A stretch of 64,000 nt of DNA from Usitatibacter sp. (GTDB lineage Bacteria > Pseudomonadota > Gammaproteobacteria > Burkholderiales > Usitatibacteraceae). This document shows, one piece after another, positions 1-9,172 of the stretch. Every line of letters begins with the position of its first letter. The first letter of the stretch is position 1. The DNA lies in the NCBI GenBank assembly GCA_035308545.1, contig DATGGI010000161.1, positions 482 to 64,481 of the forward strand, given 5' to 3'. Under the pieces are notes generated by a model. That model had not been told where the DNA came from. It ran no database searches and was given only the letters and a program-made list of their open reading frames with translations. Both the position numbers and the translations under genes were made by a program.

Positions 1-2
1 AC

Positions 3-296
3 GTGATCGCGGCGAACCGGGGCAAGGCCGAGCGATTCACGAAGGCCGCGGCGCCGATCGCGGCGCATCCGGCGGCGCGCAATTTCCGCCACCTCGGGAT
101 GATCTGGGCTTTCGAGGCCGCGACCGGCGATCCCGCGTTCGCTTCGCGGGCATTCGCGCTCGCGTTGGAGCGCGGCGTGCTGCTGAGGCCCATCGGCAAT
201 ACGGTGTACTTCATGCCACCCTACGTGATCGACGACGCGCAATTCTCGATGCTCGTGGAAACCTCGGTCGAAATCCTGGACAAGCTCGCGCGATGA
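3..296 (+). CDS. bioA: adenosylmethionine-8-amino-7-oxononanoate aminotransferase, C-terminal fragment (5' end lies outside the window)
   Basis: The ORF is open at the left edge. The tail ...LLRPIGNTVYFMPPYVIDDAQF... matches the conserved RP-G-x-x-Y-x-MPPY end of BioA-type class III aminotransferases. The stop overlaps the next start (ATGA at 293-296). Confidence 0.7.
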   Translation: MIAANRGKAERFTKAAAPIAAHPAARNFRHLGMIWAFEAATGDPAFASRAFALALERGVLLRPIGNTVYFMPPYVIDDAQFSMLVETSVEILDKLAR

Positions 297-1699
297 AGGC
301 GTTCGCCGCGCTGCTGTTATGCCTCGCGCTGCCCGCGGCGGCGGCTTCGAGCTCGATGCCGCAACCGGTGCGCGCAGCGCTCGCGCGCGCGGGCGTTCCC
401 GAATCGGCCGTCGCGATCTTCGTCGAGCCCGTGGAATCGGGCGCGCCGTCCCTCGTGGTCCGGGCCGACGAGCCGATGAATCCCGCCTCCGTGATGAAAC
501 TCCTGACCTCGTCGGCGGCGCTGGACCTCCTCGGTCCGGCGTTCACGTTCCACACGGACGTGCTGATCGCGGGCGAGCTCTCGAGCGACGGCGTGCTCGA
601 CGGCGACGTCGTGATTCGCGGCGGCGGCGATCCGAAGCTCACCTACGAACGCATCTGGCAGCTCGCGCACGAGCTGCGCGCTCGCGGGCTTCGCGAAGTG
701 AAGGGCGACGTGATCCTCGACCGCGGCTATTTCGCTTCGTCCACCTTCGACCCGGGACGCTTCGACAACGAGCCGCGGCGCGGCTACAACGTGGGGCCCG
801 ACGCGCTGCTCGTGAATTTCCAGGCGGTGCAGTTCACCTTCACGCCCGACGGCGACAAGGTGCGCGTCACCGCCGAGCCCGACCTTCCTTCGATCGAGAT
901 CGCGAGCCGCATGCGCACGGTGAACGAGCCCTGTGGCTGGTGGCGAAGGAACCTCCAGTACGAGGTGCAGCAGAACGGCATGCTGGCCTTCGTGAGTTTC
1001 TCCGGAACGATGCCCGCCGAGTGCGGCGACAGGACCTTCACGCTCGCCGTGCTCGACGGGCCGGCTTTCACCGAATCGATCCTGCGTTGGACCTGGTCCG
1101 AAGCGGGCAGCGCGATCCGCGGCAAGGTGCGGCCCGGCAAGACGCCCGACAACGCGAGGCTCTTCTATCGCGACCCGTCGGAGCCACTCGCCAACCTGGT
1201 CCGCGACATGAACAAGTTCTCCAACAACGTCATGGCGCGGCACATCTACCTCGCGCTCTCGGCCGAGCGCGGCGCGCCGGGAAGCGAAGCGGCGAGCGAC
1301 ACCGTGGTGCGAGATTGGCTCAAGTCGAGGCTCATCGACGCGCCGGGACTCGTGATCGACAACGGCTCGGGCCTTTCGCGCGAGACGCGGATCACGGCGC
1401 GAACCCTCGCGGCGCTCCTTCACGACGCGTGGACGAGGCCGTACATGGCGGAGCTCACCTCGTCGTTGCCCCTCTTCGGGGCCGACGGCACGTTGAAGCT
1501 GAGGTCCGCGACGGACGCGACGGGGCGTGCGCACCTCAAGGGCGGCACGTTGAACGGCGTACAGGCCATCGCGGGCTACGAGCTCGACGCGAGGGGACGG
1601 CGCTGGATCGTCGTGATGATGGTGAACCACGCGAACGCGAATGCGGCGCAGCCCGCGCTCGACGCGCTCGTCCAATGGGTGCAGGCCGGCAAGCCATGA
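293..1699 (+). CDS. dacB: D-alanyl-D-alanine carboxypeptidase/endopeptidase, PBP4 (peptidase S13) family
   Basis: 468 aa with an N-terminal signal peptide (LLLCLALPAAAA). SxxK box SVMK, SxN box SNN, and a K-G-G-T box near the C-terminus. Size is typical of PBP4. Confidence 0.85.
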   Translation: MKAFAALLLCLALPAAAASSSMPQPVRAALARAGVPESAVAIFVEPVESGAPSLVVRADEPMNPASVMKLLTSSAALDLLGPAFTFHTDVLIAGELSSDGVLDGDVVIRGGGDPKLTYERIWQLAHELRARGLREVKGDVILDRGYFASSTFDPGRFDNEPRRGYNVGPDALLVNFQAVQFTFTPDGDKVRVTAEPDLPSIEIASRMRTVNEPCGWWRRNLQYEVQQNGMLAFVSFSGTMPAECGDRTFTLAVLDGPAFTESILRWTWSEAGSAIRGKVRPGKTPDNARLFYRDPSEPLANLVRDMNKFSNNVMARHIYLALSAERGAPGSEAASDTVVRDWLKSRLIDAPGLVIDNGSGLSRETRITARTLAALLHDAWTRPYMAELTSSLPLFGADGTLKLRSATDATGRAHLKGGTLNGVQAIAGYELDARGRRWIVVMMVNHANANAAQPALDALVQWVQAGKP

Positions 1700-3309
1700 G
1701 CGAAGAAGTCACGAACCAGCCGCCGCCCCTCGAAGGCTACGACGCGTTCACGGCGGATGCGTGGCTTGCGGATGCGGTGAAGCGCGCGAAGGCCGCCTGG
1801 ATCGAACCGGCCGCGACGGAACTCGGCGCCTACGTGGGCTCCGCGCAGGCGCAGGCGCTCGCGGTCACCGCGAATCGCAACACGCCGCAGTTGAAGACCC
1901 ACGACCGGTTCGGCAACCGCGTCGATCTCGTCGAATACGACGCCTCGTACCACGCGCTCATGGCGCGCGCGATCTCCTCCGGCGTCCACTCGCTCGCGTG
2001 GAAGCGCGACAGCGGCGGCTTCACCGGGCGCGCGGTGCTGTTCTACCTGTGGAACCAGCTCGAGGTCGGCACGTCGTGCCCGATGACGATGACGTTCGCA
2101 TCGATCCCCATGTTCGAGCACGCGCCGGAGATCGGCCGCGCGTGGAAGCCGAAGATCCTTTCCGATCGCTATGATCCGCGGCCGCTTCGCATCGACGAGA
2201 AGTCCGGCGCGACGGTCGGCATGGCGATGACCGAGAAGCAGGGCGGCTCCGATCTGCGCGCCGTGCAGACCGCGGCGACGAGATCGGGAGACACGTGGCG
2301 CCTCGAAGGCCACAAGTGGTTCTGCTCGGCGCCCATGAGCGACGCGTTCTTCACGCTCGCCCGCGCGCCCGAAGGCGTCACGTGCTTCTTCGTGCCCCGA
2401 TCGCTGCCCGACGCCACGCGCAACGACTTCGAGATCCAGCGCCTGAAGGACAAGTGCGGCAATCGCTCCAACGCCTCGTCCGAGATCGAATATCACGGCA
2501 CGCACGCGTGGCTCGTCGGAGAACCGGGGCGCGGCATCGCGACGCTGATCGAGATGGCGCACCACACGCGCTTCGACATCGTGGTCGGCGTCGCGGGAAT
2601 GATGCGCGCGGCGTTGAACCAGGCGATCCACCATGCGCGCCACCGGAGCGCGTTCGGCAAGCCCCTGGCCGACCACGCGCTGATGGCGAACGTGCTCGCG
2701 GATCTCGCGATCGAGACCGAGGCCGCGACGCTCCTCGCGTTCCGCCTCGCGCAGGCCTTCGACGCGTCGGCGGCCGACACGAACGAGCGCAACCTCCAGC
2801 GCATCCTCACGCCGATCGCGAAGTACTGGCTCTGCAAGCGCATGACGCCGCTGGCCGTCGAAGCGATGGAGTGCCTCGGCGGAAACGGCTACGTCGAGGA
2901 AGCGCCGCTCGCGCGCCTCTATCGCGAGGCACCGCTGAACGGCATCTGGGAAGGCAGCGCCAACGTGATCTGCCTCGACGTGCTGCGAGCCATCGACCGC
3001 GCGCCGGAGTCGCTCGCCGCGCTGGTGAAGGAGATGGCGCCCGAAGAGGGCGACAGGATCTACGAGCGCCTCTGGGACGTGAAGACGGCGCTTGCCGATC
3101 CCGCCGTCGCCGAAAGCCAGGCCCGCGCCATCGTCGAGACGCTGGCGAAATGCATGCAGGCGTCGTTGATGCGGCGCTACGCCGACCCTGTCGCCGCCGA
3201 CGCATTCATCGACTCGCGGCTCGGAGACGACGCGCATCGCGCGTTCGGAACGTTGGGTGCCACCTTCGATGCCCGGGCGATCGTCGATCGCGCGGCGCTG
3301 CGAATCTAG
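1696..3309 (+). CDS. AidB-like acyl-CoA dehydrogenase family protein
   Basis: ATG at 1696 overlaps the dacB stop (ATGA). 537 aa. MTEKQGGSDL motif and a C-terminal ACAD helical domain pattern (EGSANVICLDVLR), as in AidB-type ACADs. This is the last 537 codons of track ORF 319..3309. Confidence 0.85.
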   Translation: MSEEVTNQPPPLEGYDAFTADAWLADAVKRAKAAWIEPAATELGAYVGSAQAQALAVTANRNTPQLKTHDRFGNRVDLVEYDASYHALMARAISSGVHSLAWKRDSGGFTGRAVLFYLWNQLEVGTSCPMTMTFASIPMFEHAPEIGRAWKPKILSDRYDPRPLRIDEKSGATVGMAMTEKQGGSDLRAVQTAATRSGDTWRLEGHKWFCSAPMSDAFFTLARAPEGVTCFFVPRSLPDATRNDFEIQRLKDKCGNRSNASSEIEYHGTHAWLVGEPGRGIATLIEMAHHTRFDIVVGVAGMMRAALNQAIHHARHRSAFGKPLADHALMANVLADLAIETEAATLLAFRLAQAFDASAADTNERNLQRILTPIAKYWLCKRMTPLAVEAMECLGGNGYVEEAPLARLYREAPLNGIWEGSANVICLDVLRAIDRAPESLAALVKEMAPEEGDRIYERLWDVKTALADPAVAESQARAIVETLAKCMQASLMRRYADPVAADAFIDSRLGDDAHRAFGTLGATFDARAIVDRAALRI

Positions 3310-4094
3310 TTCACGCCCGCTTCCTCGATCGCCTCCACGCGGAGCACGCGCGAAGCGATCGCGCTCGTCGCGAGCGCAGCGGCGACGGCCGCCACGAATC
3401 CGCCCGCGATCCCCCATGCGACCAGTCCCGACGAGATCGTGAAGAAGAAGGCCGTGAATCCCGAGAGTCCCACGACGAATCCGCGCGTGAGGCGCGCGAC
3501 CGCATCGGCGCCATAGAGCGCGAGCGTGAAGGGCGGCATGATGGATCCGGTGACGGGCATCGAGAGCAGCAAACCGCTCACGACGGGGCCGAAGACGTTC
3601 GCGCCCCACAGGATCGCACCCGCGAGGGCGAGCGCGGCCGCGAGGCGCAGGCGCAGCTCCACCGGCGGAATCGAGGGCGGCGGCGCCTCTTCGCGCGGAT
3701 GCGGCAACGCGCGCCACGCGGTGCCGAGGCCGAGTGCCGCGAGGAGCAACGCGACCGGCGGCGAGAGCGGAACCAGGATCACACCGAATGCGCACGCGGC
3801 GAAGGCGGCCCATCCTCCCCCGAGCGCGACCGGCCATCGATGGCGTTGCGCGAGACGCGAGAACGTGACGAGATAGATTCCCTGCGCGAGGATCACGCCG
3901 AGCGTCACCGTCGCCGAGCGCGCCGCGAACTCCGTTCCGTGATCGAGCGCGAGATACAGCGTGAGCGGGCCGCCGATCAGCGGAAAGCCGCCGAGATAGC
4001 CCGAGACCGAGTGTCCCCACCTGCGCGCGGCGAGGCTCGCGAGCCACACCGCCATCGGGACCAGCGCGAGCCTGAGCAGCGTCTCGGCCGTCAC
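3306..4094 (-). CDS. multi-pass integral membrane protein, unknown function
   Basis: Hydrophobic product with about 7 predicted TM stretches (AVWLASLAA..., GGFPLIGGPLTLYLAL..., etc.). The start is taken as GTG 4094, which overlaps the upstream stop (GTGA). An alternative start is ATG 4055. Confidence 0.55.
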   Translation of the reverse strand: MTAETLLRLALVPMAVWLASLAARRWGHSVSGYLGGFPLIGGPLTLYLALDHGTEFAARSATVTLGVILAQGIYLVTFSRLAQRHRWPVALGGGWAAFAACAFGVILVPLSPPVALLLAALGLGTAWRALPHPREEAPPPSIPPVELRLRLAAALALAGAILWGANVFGPVVSGLLLSMPVTGSIMPPFTLALYGADAVARLTRGFVVGLSGFTAFFFTISSGLVAWGIAGGFVAAVAAALATSAIASRVLRVEAIEEAGVN

Positions 4095-5338
4095 CGCTTC
4101 GGTCGTGGCGCCGCGTGGGCCTTGGCCCCTGGCTTCGCGCGCTTGTCCTCGGGACGATTGCCGCCGCGGACCATGTGGTACTCGTACAGCCGGCATTCGA
4201 GCGCGCCGTTGTAGAGCACGGTCTTGCGCGAAGCGCTCAAACGAATGAGGCGCGCGAGCTCCGGATCGCCCGAGAAGATGAACGCCGTCCATCCCGCGAA
4301 TTTCTGCTTGAGCGCGTCACCCAGCTGCGGATAGAACTCCGCGAGCTTTTCCTTCTCGCCCAGGCGCACGCCATAGGGCGGGTTGGTCACGATGGATCCC
4401 TGGCCCGACGGGGCGGAGAGCTCCAGCAGGTTCACCTGCTTCAACGTGACGGCCTCCTCGAGCCCGGACTCGCGCAGGTTCAGCACCGCGTGGCCGAGCG
4501 ACCGGCCGTACAGGTCCGAGCCATAGATCGGCAACGGCTCGACGGCCTTCTCGGACTTCCTCGCGTTCGAAAGAAGCCGGTCCCAGGATTGCTCATTGAA
4601 GCGCGCGAGCTTTTCGAACGCGAAGGATCGCTCGCGCCCGGCGGCGCGGCCCAGCGAGATCTCGGCCGCTTCCGTGAGGAACGTGCCGGCGCCGCACATG
4701 GGATCGAGCAACGCGATTCCGGGGCGCCATCCCGCGATGCGGAGGATTCCGGCCGCGAGGTTCTTCTTGAGCGGCGCTTCGCCCACGTGGTCGCGGCGGC
4801 CGCGGCGGAAGAGCGAATCGCCGCTCGTGTCGACGTAGAGCGCGCACATCTTGTCGTCGAGGAACGCGTGCACGCGGATGTCCGGCTCGCGCGGGTCGAC
4901 GCTGGGCCGGCGCCCCGTCGCGCTGCGGAAATGATCGGCGACCGCATCCTTCACGCGCAGCGTCACGAAGTCGAGGCTCTTCACGGGGCTGCGGTGCGCG
5001 TTCGTCTCGACCTTGAACGTGCGGTCGGCCGTGAAGTACTGGTGCCAGCGCACCGAGGAGGCGGCCTGGTAGATGTCCTCTTCGTTCTTGTACGGGACCT
5101 TCGTCACGCGCCAAAGGATGCGGCTTGCGATGCGCGAGTAAAGATTCGTCACATAGACGAGATCGAAGGGGCCGTCGAAGGAAACTCCGGCATCGGCGGC
5201 GGCGCAATGTTGCGCGCCCAGGCCCGTGAGCTCCTCGGCAAGCGCGGGCGCAAGCCCCCTCGGGCAGGGAGCGAAGAAATAATGTGACCCCGTGTCCTGT
5301 TTAACGAGGATGCGGGGCGGAGGCCGCGTCTCGGCCAT
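4091..5338 (-). CDS. THUMP-domain class I SAM-dependent RNA (or DNA N6-adenine type) methyltransferase, COG0116/RlmL-like
   Basis: Starts MAETRPPPRILVKQ... at ATG 5338, which overlaps the hemJ stop (ATGA). Has an N-terminal THUMP-like region, a SAM-binding loop DPMCGAGTF and the catalytic NPPYG motif (VTNPPYG). Confidence 0.8.
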   Translation of the reverse strand: MAETRPPPRILVKQDTGSHYFFAPCPRGLAPALAEELTGLGAQHCAAADAGVSFDGPFDLVYVTNLYSRIASRILWRVTKVPYKNEEDIYQAASSVRWHQYFTADRTFKVETNAHRSPVKSLDFVTLRVKDAVADHFRSATGRRPSVDPREPDIRVHAFLDDKMCALYVDTSGDSLFRRGRRDHVGEAPLKKNLAAGILRIAGWRPGIALLDPMCGAGTFLTEAAEISLGRAAGRERSFAFEKLARFNEQSWDRLLSNARKSEKAVEPLPIYGSDLYGRSLGHAVLNLRESGLEEAVTLKQVNLLELSAPSGQGSIVTNPPYGVRLGEKEKLAEFYPQLGDALKQKFAGWTAFIFSGDPELARLIRLSASRKTVLYNGALECRLYEYHMVRGGNRPEDKRAKPGAKAHAAPRPKR

Positions 5339-5751
5339 CAGAAGGGCTTCACGACCGCGAGGATCACGATCGCCGCGAGCAGCACGAGCGGCAGCTCGTT
5401 GATCCAGCGGTAGAAGACATGGGTGCGGGTAGCGGCGCCGCGCGCGAAATCGGCCGCGATCCTGCCGAGCCAGAAGTGATAGGCGAGCAGCAACGCCACG
5501 AGGACCAGCTTCGCGTAGAGCCAGTTGCCGGTGATTCCGTACCCCAGCCACATCCAGAGGCCGAAACCGACCGTAAGCACCATGCAAGGCGTCATGATCC
5601 CGCGATAGAGCTTGCGTTCCATCACGATGAACCGATCCCGCGAGACGCTGTCAGTGGACATTGCGTGGTAGACGAACAGCCGAGGCAAATAGAACAACCC
5701 CGCGAACCACGCGACCATGAAGACGATGTGCAGGGACTTGATCCAGAGCAT
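5338..5751 (-). CDS. hemJ: protoporphyrinogen IX oxidase HemJ (CopD-like, UPF0093)
   Basis: 137 aa, 4-5 TM. The N-terminus MLWIKSLHIVFMVAWFAGLFYLPRLFVYH is the hallmark HemJ family sequence. Confidence 0.85.
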   Translation of the reverse strand: MLWIKSLHIVFMVAWFAGLFYLPRLFVYHAMSTDSVSRDRFIVMERKLYRGIMTPCMVLTVGFGLWMWLGYGITGNWLYAKLVLVALLLAYHFWLGRIAADFARGAATRTHVFYRWINELPLVLLAAIVILAVVKPF

Positions 5752-5768
5752 GAGCCTATAATTTTACA

Positions 5769-7907
5769 GTGATGCGCAAAACCACTCTTTCCTTCCTCTT
5801 CGCCTTCGCCGCCCTCGCCCTGGCGACGGCTGCCGGTGCCGCATCGACGTTCAAGACCGAGCACGTCGATGCCGAGCTCGTGAACGACGATGCGAGCGCC
5901 GTTCCCGGGAAGCCCACTTGGGTAGGGCTCAAGCTGCGCATGGCGCAGGAGTGGCACACCTACTGGAAGAACCCGGGCGATTCCGGCCTTCCCACGCGGA
6001 TCCAGTGGACGCTCCCCGAAGGCTGGACCGCGGGCGAGATCCAATGGCCGTATCCGCAGCGGCTGCCGGTGGGGCCGCTCATGAATTACGGCTACGACGA
6101 CGAGGTCGTGTTGCTCTCGGAGCTCACGCCGCCGGCGAACGCGCCCGAAAAGCCCGCGACGATCAAGGCGCACGCGGAGTGGCTCGTCTGCAAGGACATC
6201 TGCGTTCCCGAAAAGGGCGACCTCGACATCTCGCTGCCCGTCTCGAAATCGCCGCCGAAGAAGAACCCGATGTTCCAGGCGCACATCGATCGCGCGCGAA
6301 ACCAGCTGCCGGTTCCGGTGCCCGGATGGAAATCCGAAGCGTCGATGACGGCGCAGGCGCTCGTCGTGCGCCTCACCGCGCCGGAAGGCGCGGAAGCCCC
6401 GCCCGCCCTCTTCTTCCCCGACCAGGAAGGTTTGATCGAGCCCGCGGCGCCCGAGAAGGTCACGCGCGCCGGCCGCGTCCTCACGATCGAGATGAAGCTC
6501 GCCGATCCGCCGCCGAAGGAGGTGAAATCGCTCGCGGGCGTGGCGGTCTCGGATAGCGGCTGGAAGGGATCCGACGGAAGAAAGGCTTATGACTTCGCCG
6601 CGGCCGTCGGCGCGACGCCGCTCGCGGTGGGAGGAACGACCGAGACGCCCGTGGGCGGCAGCGTCGGCGGCAGCACGCTCGCCGCGCTCGCCTTCGCGTT
6701 CATCGGCGGCATCCTCCTGAACCTCATGCCGTGCGTGTTCCCCGTGCTCGGCATCAAGGTGATGGGATTCGTGCAGCATGCGCACGGCGAAGAGCGCGCG
6801 ATGAAGATGCAGGGCATCGTCTTCCTCGCGGGCGTCGTGCTCTCGTTCCTCGTCCTCGCCGGGCTCATGCTCGCGCTGCGCGCGGGCGGCTCGCAACTGG
6901 GCTGGGGCTTCCAGCTCCAGTCGCCGGTGTTCGTGACGCTGCTCGCGGCGCTCTTCTTCGTGCTCGCGCTCAACCTCTCGGGCGTCTTCGAGTGGGGCGC
7001 ATTCGCGCAGTCGATGACGTCGAACATCTCCGCGCGCGGCCGCTACGCCGACGCGTTCCTCGCCGGCGTCCTCGCCACCGCGGTCGCCACGCCGTGCACG
7101 GCGCCGTTCATGGGCGCCGCCGTCGGATTCACGATCACGCAGGACGCGCTGCACTCGCTCGCGGTGTTCGCGATGATCGGTTTCGGCATGGGGCTCCCCG
7201 TGCTGCTGCTCTCGTACTTCCCGGCGCTGCTGCGCATGCTTCCGAAGCCCGGCGCGTGGATGGAAACCTTCAAGCAGGTGCTCGCGTTCCCGCTCTACGC
7301 GACAGTCGCGTGGCTCACATGGGTGCTGGGCGCGCAGGCCGGCAACGATGCGGTGCTCGCGCTCCTCGCCGGGCTCGTGCTCGTCGCGCTGGGCGCGTGG
7401 CTGCAGGGCCGCTCGGTGAACGCGACCGGCATCTGGCGCACGGCCCTCGCCGCGGTCTTCGTCGCCGTGGGCATCGTGATCGCGGTTCCCACCGCACCCG
7501 GCGACCGCGAAGTGCCGATGGCGAGCGGCGAGAAGTGGCAGGAGTGGTCGCCCGAGAAGGTGAAGGAGCTCGTCGCGTCGGGACGCCCGGTGTTCGTCGA
7601 CTTCACCGCCGCGTGGTGCGTCACGTGCCAGGTGAACAAGCGCACGTCGCTCTACAACTTCCAGGTCGCGAAAGCATTCGCCGACCGCGACATCGTCACC
7701 CTGAAGGCCGACTGGACGAAGCAGGATCCGCGCATCACCGCGGAGCTCGCGTCGCTCGGGCGCAACGCGGTGCCCGTCTACGCGCTCTATGTTCCCGGCG
7801 AATCGAAGCCGCACCTCCTGCCCGAGGTGCTCACTCCGACGCTCGTCCTCGACGAGATCTCGCGGCTGCCCGCGGCGAAGGTCGCCGCAGTCACGCCACC
7901 GAAGTAA
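5769..7907 (+). CDS. protein-disulfide reductase, DsbD/ScsB-like (N-terminal DsbD-alpha-like domain, CcdA-type TM core, C-terminal thioredoxin)
   Basis: Signal peptide. YWKNPGDSGLPT and LVCKDICVP in the N-terminal domain. TM core cysteines in LMPCVFPVL and TPCTAPFMG. C-terminal thioredoxin box WCVTC. The start is GTG 5769 or ATG 5772. Confidence 0.85.
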   Translation: MMRKTTLSFLFAFAALALATAAGAASTFKTEHVDAELVNDDASAVPGKPTWVGLKLRMAQEWHTYWKNPGDSGLPTRIQWTLPEGWTAGEIQWPYPQRLPVGPLMNYGYDDEVVLLSELTPPANAPEKPATIKAHAEWLVCKDICVPEKGDLDISLPVSKSPPKKNPMFQAHIDRARNQLPVPVPGWKSEASMTAQALVVRLTAPEGAEAPPALFFPDQEGLIEPAAPEKVTRAGRVLTIEMKLADPPPKEVKSLAGVAVSDSGWKGSDGRKAYDFAAAVGATPLAVGGTTETPVGGSVGGSTLAALAFAFIGGILLNLMPCVFPVLGIKVMGFVQHAHGEERAMKMQGIVFLAGVVLSFLVLAGLMLALRAGGSQLGWGFQLQSPVFVTLLAALFFVLALNLSGVFEWGAFAQSMTSNISARGRYADAFLAGVLATAVATPCTAPFMGAAVGFTITQDALHSLAVFAMIGFGMGLPVLLLSYFPALLRMLPKPGAWMETFKQVLAFPLYATVAWLTWVLGAQAGNDAVLALLAGLVLVALGAWLQGRSVNATGIWRTALAAVFVAVGIVIAVPTAPGDREVPMASGEKWQEWSPEKVKELVASGRPVFVDFTAAWCVTCQVNKRTSLYNFQVAKAFADRDIVTLKADWTKQDPRITAELASLGRNAVPVYALYVPGESKPHLLPEVLTPTLVLDEISRLPAAKVAAVTPPK

Positions 7908-7920
7908 GAGGAGCCTCGCA

Positions 7921-8514
7921 ATGAAACGCCTCGCAGCACTCACGATCGCCGCGCTTTGCGACGCCGCGTTCGCATCCGCGCCTCCGGGACAACCCGCGCC
8001 CGGATTCACGATCACCGACCTCGAAGGAAAACCCGCGAGGCTCGAGGACTACAAGGGCAAGACAGTCGTGCTCGAGTGGAACAACTTCGGCTGTCCCTTC
8101 GTGCAGAAGCACTATCGCAGCGGCAACATGCAGGCGCTGCAGAAGCGCTACGCGAATGACGTGGCGTGGCTCACCGTGAATTCGACCAGCAGGTCGAGCT
8201 CGGACTACCAGGCGCCGGCGGTGCTCACGAAGGAGCTCGCGGGCTTCCACGCCGAACCCGCGCGCTACCTGATGGACGATCCGGGCGCGGTGGGCATGGC
8301 CTATGGCGCCAAGACCACGCCGCACATGTTCATCATCGATCCGTCCGGCAAGGTCGTCTACAACGGCGCCATCGACGACAAGCGCTCGACGGACCTCGCC
8401 GACGTGAAGACGGCGAAGAACTACGTGGTCGCCGCGCTAGAGGAGATGAAGCAGGGCAAGCCCGTGTCGGTCGCCTCCACCACACCCTACGGATGTTCAG
8501 TCAAATACCCATGA
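7921..8514 (+). CDS. secreted thioredoxin-fold / redoxin family protein
   Basis: Starts ATG 7921 (MKRLAALTIAAL... signal peptide). The APGFTITDLEGKP...VVLEWNNFGCPFVQKHY pattern is typical of TlpA/AhpC-TSA-like redoxins. It has a single Cys in CPFV rather than CxxC. Confidence 0.75.
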   Translation: MKRLAALTIAALCDAAFASAPPGQPAPGFTITDLEGKPARLEDYKGKTVVLEWNNFGCPFVQKHYRSGNMQALQKRYANDVAWLTVNSTSRSSSDYQAPAVLTKELAGFHAEPARYLMDDPGAVGMAYGAKTTPHMFIIDPSGKVVYNGAIDDKRSTDLADVKTAKNYVVAALEEMKQGKPVSVASTTPYGCSVKYP

Positions 8515-9119
8515 AACGATCGGCCGCCGCGTTTGTCATTACCGCATCGCTCCTTGCAGGAGGATGCGCTCCCATGTTCGTCCAGAGTCCCGGCCAGGGC
8601 CTGAGCCCGGTGAACGCCGTGAAGGACGGCGACGACGCCCACCTCTTCCTCTTCGGCTACGACGTGGTGAGCTACTTCACCGACCGCAAGGAAGCGAAGG
8701 GCTCGCCCGAGATCAAGAGCGTGTACAAGGACGTGACGTTCCGCTTCGCTTCCGCGGAGCACAAGAAGATGTTCGACGCGGCGCCGGAGAAATACATCCC
8801 GCAGTTCGGCGGCTATTGCACCGACGGCATCGTCTACGGCATTCCCTGGGGCGGCAACGCCGACACGTGGTCGATGATCGACGGCAAGGTCTACATCTTC
8901 GGCGGCCAGGGCGCCAAGGACGCGTTCTTCCTGCACCCGGAGCGCAACATGGCGCTCGCCAACAAGTACTGGAACGAGGAGATGAACGGATCCAACGCGT
9001 TCGTCCAGCGCGTCTATCGCCTCACGTTCCGCGTTCCGCACTACAAGAGCGGCAAGGAGCTCGCCGAGGAAGTGGACGCCGCGAAGGCCGCCGGGACGCT
9101 CAAGATTCCGCCGAACTAG
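8511..9119 (+). CDS. YHS-domain lipoprotein
   Basis: ATG 8511 overlaps the upstream stop (ATGA). Lipobox LLAGGC. GYDVVSYF and FGGYCTDGIVYG motifs of the YHS-domain (seleno)protein family; Cys rather than Sec here. Confidence 0.7.
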   Translation: MKRSAAAFVITASLLAGGCAPMFVQSPGQGLSPVNAVKDGDDAHLFLFGYDVVSYFTDRKEAKGSPEIKSVYKDVTFRFASAEHKKMFDAAPEKYIPQFGGYCTDGIVYGIPWGGNADTWSMIDGKVYIFGGQGAKDAFFLHPERNMALANKYWNEEMNGSNAFVQRVYRLTFRVPHYKSGKELAEEVDAAKAAGTLKIPPN

Positions 9120-9172
9120 CTTTTCAGCCGGCCGCGTGTGAGATATTCGCCATCCCTGGCGAATAACGCGGC

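Noticed and set aside
1576-4047. Very long ORFs in the track that run antisense or out of frame to recognisable genes: 1576..4047(-), 5622..8015(-), 15316..17781(+), 28501..29901(-), 39292..42012(-), 40836..42866(+), 43374..45002(-), 54109..56892(+), 54662..57298(+), 57713..59932(+), 61485..63842(-).
   Set aside because: Their translations are monotonous Arg/Ala/Gly/Pro/Asp-rich strings with no motifs. Each overlaps a gene on the other strand or frame that has clear family signatures. Long stop-free antisense frames are expected at this GC content.
8511-9119. A selenocysteine-containing form of the YHS-domain protein (an in-frame TGA with a SECIS element).
   Set aside because: The ORF has no internal TGA, and the family position is occupied by Cys (FGGYCTDG).
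9145-9164. The hairpin ATTCGCCA-TCCC-TGGCGAAT between the YHS gene and the ECF sigma gene as an intrinsic terminator.
   Set aside because: The stem is only 8 bp, is AT/GC mixed, and no T-tract follows. It may be an operator or may be fortuitous. The evidence is not enough to annotate it.
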